Below are positions 60,248-64,000 of a DNA stretch of 64,000 nt, in pieces. Every line of letters starts with the position of its first letter. Position 1 is the stretch's first letter. The notes beneath the pieces were generated by a model. It made no database searches and had not been told where the DNA came from. It saw only the letters and a program-made list of their open reading frames with translations. The position numbers and the translations under genes were made by a program. The DNA is from Bilabrum cf. latius (Eukaryota): the NCBI GenBank assembly GCA_965178125.1, contig OZ237754.1, forward strand, positions 186,001-250,000, given 5' to 3'.

Positions 60248-61918
60248 TCATTGCACGGTGACCTCTCTTTGGCCAGCTCCCAGAGCACCATGGTCATGGA
60301 TTGCGCCAGCCTCCAGCGCAACTCCCTTGTGCTGCACTTGCCCCTGCTGCTTGCTGTTCCTCTTCTTGATGTCGAAGAGCTTTTCCTCTCCGACCGCCTC
60401 CCTGAACACGTCCTCGATCTCCTCCAAGGTCTTGCCCTTTGTTTCTGGGACGTAGTACACGGTGAACACGATGGCCGCGACTCCGATGGCGCTGTACAGG
60501 TAGAACAGCCCGTAGATGCTGATGGCCTTCTCAAGGGGCACAAAGAGAATAAGCACCACGAACACAAAGATCCAGTTGGTGGAAGACCCGAGTGCCATGG
60601 CCGTGCCCCGCACCTCGAGCGGGAACATCTCCGAGAGGAGGAGCCAGAGCACCGGCCCCAAGGAGATCTCGAAGAAGGCCATGTAGAACCAGAGGCACAC
60701 AGCCGATATCATCCCCCACGCCTTTGGAACCTTCTCGTTGGCATGATCGAAGTGCAGGAGGATGGAGGACAGTGCCACCATGCATACGATCATGCCCGTG
60801 GTGCCAGCCAGCAGCATGGTCTTCCTGCCCAGTCTATCCATGAGCATCATCGCGATGGCCACGAGCACAACCTTGACCACGCCGATGAAGATAGCCATGA
60901 TCTTGCTCTTGCTCTTGTCGAAGCCAGCAGCCTGCAGCACGTCGGGGGCGTACGCGTTGATGGCGTTCACGCCCGTGATCTGCTGGAACACGCCCAGCAC
61001 ACAGCCAACCACAACCGACCGGAACACGGCAGGTTCCCTCAGCCGTTCCCACCCGTGGTTGGTGGTCTCCAGACTCTTCTGAATCTCGCCCAGCTCCGCG
61101 CCCACATACGCGGTTTCGTGTTCCCCGCGGATGCTGAGGAGAACCTTCCTCGAGTCATCGAACCTTCCTTGGGCGGCCAGCCACCGGGGCGACATGGGAG
61201 TGACGAAGAGGAAGGACAGGATGAGGGGCGCCGCGAGCAGGACGCCGCACCCCAGCTGCACCCACCAGTTCGTCACGAAGGCGTCCACCAAGTACCCCAG
61301 GAGGATGCCGATGCAGATGTTGAGCTGGTTCGAAGTCACCAGCATGCCTCGGATGTGCGCCGGGCTCAGCTCGGCAATGTACATGGGCACGGTGGACGAC
61401 AGCCACCCGACGCCGAGGCCCACCACGATCCGGCCCGTCAGGAGCATTTCGAATGAATGGCCGTGGGAGAAGAACTCCACAGCCGCTCCAGCGATATAAA
61501 TCACGCAAGCCAGCACTACTGTTGCCTTTCGTCCGATCCAGTCCTGCAGGAGGCCCGCTGTAGCAGACCCAGGGATAGCCCCGATTGTCATGCTCGAAGC
61601 TAGCGTCGCATACTTCATTGATTTCTTTCCGAAACCGAATTCCGTGGCAGCTTGCTCTTTGGCTCCAGAAATAATCGAGATCTCGAACCCAAACAGAATC
61701 GCAGCCAAACTGACCAGCACCACGTAAACATAAAGAAGCAAGCTTGAGGGAGGGGCCTCTGACAAGTCAATATCTACTTGTTCATCGTGTTCGAATCTCA
61801 ACTGGACTGACGAAGCTCCCGCCGATGAATGGAGCGCTTCGGATGCCAGAAGTGACCGAGTCTGAGAATCCTTCTGGTCGGTGTAGTCTCCATCGTCAGA
61901 CACTCTCGCGCCATTCAT
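60248..61918 (-). CDS. MFS sugar porter family transporter (~556 aa)
   Basis: Many TM segments; DWIGRK, GRIVVGLGVG, PMYIAELSPAHIRG, QQITGVNAINAY, DRLGRK, SEMFPLEVRG, VPETKGKTLEEI. ATG at 61918; ends in TGA; no in-frame TAG. Confidence 0.95.
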   Translation of the reverse strand: MNGARVSDDGDYTDQKDSQTRSLLASEALHSSAGASSVQLRFEHDEQVDIDLSEAPPSSLLLYVYVVLVSLAAILFGFEISIISGAKEQAATEFGFGKKSMKYATLASSMTIGAIPGSATAGLLQDWIGRKATVVLACVIYIAGAAVEFFSHGHSFEMLLTGRIVVGLGVGWLSSTVPMYIAELSPAHIRGMLVTSNQLNICIGILLGYLVDAFVTNWWVQLGCGVLLAAPLILSFLFVTPMSPRWLAAQGRFDDSRKVLLSIRGEHETAYVGAELGEIQKSLETTNHGWERLREPAVFRSVVVGCVLGVFQQITGVNAINAYAPDVLQAAGFDKSKSKIMAIFIGVVKVVLVAIAMMLMDRLGRKTMLLAGTTGMIVCMVALSSILLHFDHANEKVPKAWGMISAVCLWFYMAFFEISLGPVLWLLLSEMFPLEVRGTAMALGSSTNWIFVFVVLILFVPLEKAISIYGLFYLYSAIGVAAIVFTVYYVPETKGKTLEEIEDVFREAVGEEKLFDIKKRNSKQQGQVQHKGVALEAGAIHDHGALGAGQREVTVQ

Positions 61919-62131
61919 AACAGTCAAATTCAGCGGTTGGCAAGATATTCGCTTGAACAGCCAGCAAAGGCTGCACCGATCCGGACAACCACCCACAAGT
62001 TGCGTGTGACGCGGAGCCAAACAAAGGGCAACTGCAGTTGCGACCAAATTTCTGATTATCTATATCAACACGTTACTATGTCTTTGGTGACCGTTTGTGG
62101 TAGGCAGTACTAGATTTGAATTCAACACACG

Positions 62132-63163
62132 ATGGCATCTATTGCAGACTCGTCGCTTGGATCAACTGCGTTGTCAGATATATACGAATCGGATTAGGAG
62201 AGCTTGCACGGAATTATCACCGTCATCAAGAAGTCAGGGCAAGATGGAGGTTCATTCGAGATGGACCAGGACAGCATCCTGATTGGGCGGTAAGTTCAGT
62301 ATCCTAATCGGACGTATCTCGTGTACAGCTATTTATCAATATCATGATAATAGTTGGCTGCCAGAATTTGCTATATATACCATGAATGTGCTGTTCAGGT
62401 TGCCAGAACAGTCCACCACACCGCGTGGCTCTTGTGCTCTTGACTGCCTTTCGCAGGTCTGAAGACGCCAACATTCGCATTCGGGCCCCTACAATCTCCA
62501 GGTCTCATGCGAGTCTTACCGTGGGGTCAAATGGCGCTGTTTGGATCAGGAACTTGTCGAAAACGAAGGCAGTGCACGTGAACGACGAGAAGTTCGGCGC
62601 AGACGGCCAACGACCCCTTCGCCAGGGTGATATCTTCAGCGTAGGGGACAGGAAGTTCCGCTTTGATTATCGTGAGATATTGTCATGAGTTTGAGTGGGG
62701 TAGCTGAGATCAGGTACATCAGACTACTCCTGATCATCGCGCAGCGTCACGTGACAGAACCCCATCCATGCTCTCTTTCTTGAGCTCGCAGCAGAGGACA
62801 TGGAAGGAAGCGAGGCCGGCCCTACCGGTACCTTCCGCCCTCCAAAAGCCCCCAAGATGACCCGCTTCGAGGAGGGCGAGCCCACCATCGATCTCGCCGC
62901 GCAGGCCGGCGGACACGACGCACTGCGGAACGCCACCGCGGCGGCAAACCGCAGGAAGAGCCTTCCCTCCGGCGAGAAGCGCATGCCCACTGTGCGTACG
63001 CCCGGCCCTGTCGCCGCGAGGGCCGCTCTCGCGAGCCAGGCTCCCATGGAGGAGGACGAGGAAGAGTCGGGGCAGGGGCAGGGGAGCGGCTAGGGAGTGT
63101 CACAGCTCCGGCCCACGCCCGCCTCCGCGAAAAGGCAGCTGGTCATGGCGTCATCATCATCAG

Positions 63164-63194
<31 letters not shown>

Positions 63195-64000
63195 AGCAGG
63201 CACCTCTGTGGAACCCGCGATGGAGGAACAGTCGGAGGTACAGCGCGATCTGCAGCGAGAAGACGTCAAGGATGAGGATGAGGATGAGGAAGGCTCCGCC
63301 CCGGCCGCCCGCCGTGAATCTTTTTCTCGCAGCAAGTCGCAGATGGTAAGGCTGAGGGAACTTTCCAAGGCCTCCCAGGTGAGTTCAATGGAATCTAGTG
63401 CACCAAAGTGCAATTCAGTGACATTGTATGGCACGTTTGCCTTGGACCCACACAGGAATCGCTTGCGCTACGGTTCTGCGTTTAAAGCCAATTCCGAATC
63501 GAATCGAAGTAACCGACTGTCTATTGGACCTGTTCGCTATCCGCAGATCGCAAGGCAGGCTGAGATGGAGGCCGCAAGCAGCACCGAAGACAAGGCCGTT
63601 GAGACGGCGCTGGCCCGCCAGGGGGTTCCAACCCCGATCCGTCGGGCCATCCACAAGAGGAGAATCAGCGCAGGCAGAGACATCGCCCCGCACATGGAGG
63701 CTGCCGCTGCTGCTGCTGCTGCTTCATCGTCGTCGTCGTCGGCCCAGGGCGCAGCGCGCACAGTGCCTGTCAAGGTCGTGGTGGACAACACCTCGGCTGC
63801 CTCTACAGGAGGCAGGTCGGGCGAGGAGGCGCCGCCCATGCGAATGCCCAGGGCGCTGCCCACCCCGGTCCGCAAGGCAATCAAAAAGAGGCGGAAGAGC
63901 TCGGGAGGAAGCACCGCACCCGCCGCCGCCAGCATGTCGCAAGAGTCAAGCGGTAAATCCGCCGCCGGCAGCAGCATCCCCACCCGAATGGCGCTGCCTA
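62132..64000 (+). CDS. Ki-67-type FHA-domain protein, 3'-partial
   Basis: Exons 62132-62289, 62457-62671, 62792-63378, 63547-end. Spliced product GIITVIKKSGQDGGSF..ILIGR|SEDANIRI..TISRSHA..IRNLS..VHVN..LRQGDIFSVGDRKFRFDY matches the Ki-67-like FHA pattern. TAGs at 62195 and 63091. Downstream PTP-x-R-x-AI repeats. Confidence 0.8.

Noticed and set aside
2504-63093. Reading the TAG-interrupted genes as pseudogenes or as RIP-like CpA-to-TpA damage
   Set aside because: Decay would also create internal TAA/TGA and frameshifts, and I saw none against ~80 TAGs. Catalytic and structural motifs are intact on both sides of the TAGs.

Overview
Compact, GC-rich eukaryotic nuclear DNA: about 22 protein-coding genes, a few short GT-AG introns, and intergenic gaps mostly of 100-400 bp. 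The gene content suggests a heterotrophic protist; a stramenopile is my inference only. The main observation is that the standard-code ORF track is fragmented because TAG behaves as a sense codon, almost certainly Gln. I traced about 80 in-frame TAGs by hand in 17 genes. Some sit inside conserved domains (SH3, PB1, bZIP zipper, PAS, GH-A barrel, folate-receptor domain, NHA core) and some are mixed with CAG/CAA in poly-Q tracts. I found no internal TAA or TGA; complete genes end in TGA (18) or TAA (3). This is the rare UAG=Gln, UAA/UGA=stop code (NCBI table-15 type). Re-read with that code, the window encodes Pelota, a GPR137-like 7TM protein, a GT11 fucosyltransferase-like protein, a double alpha/beta-hydrolase, a folate-receptor-like protein, a ~3000-aa PB1-pseudokinase-3xSH3 protein, and a cluster of three intronless bacterial-type hydrolases (GH-A glycosidase, Tae4-family peptidoglycan amidase, sialidase-like protein). 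It also encodes an ARM-repeat protein, an NHA-type antiporter, a bZIP-PAS(LOV-like) factor, an SK-like K+ channel, a papain-family pseudo-protease, a sugar porter and a Ki-67-type FHA protein. I saw no RNA genes, CRISPR arrays or recognisable intact mobile elements. All family calls come from motif recognition by eye; no database searches were run.
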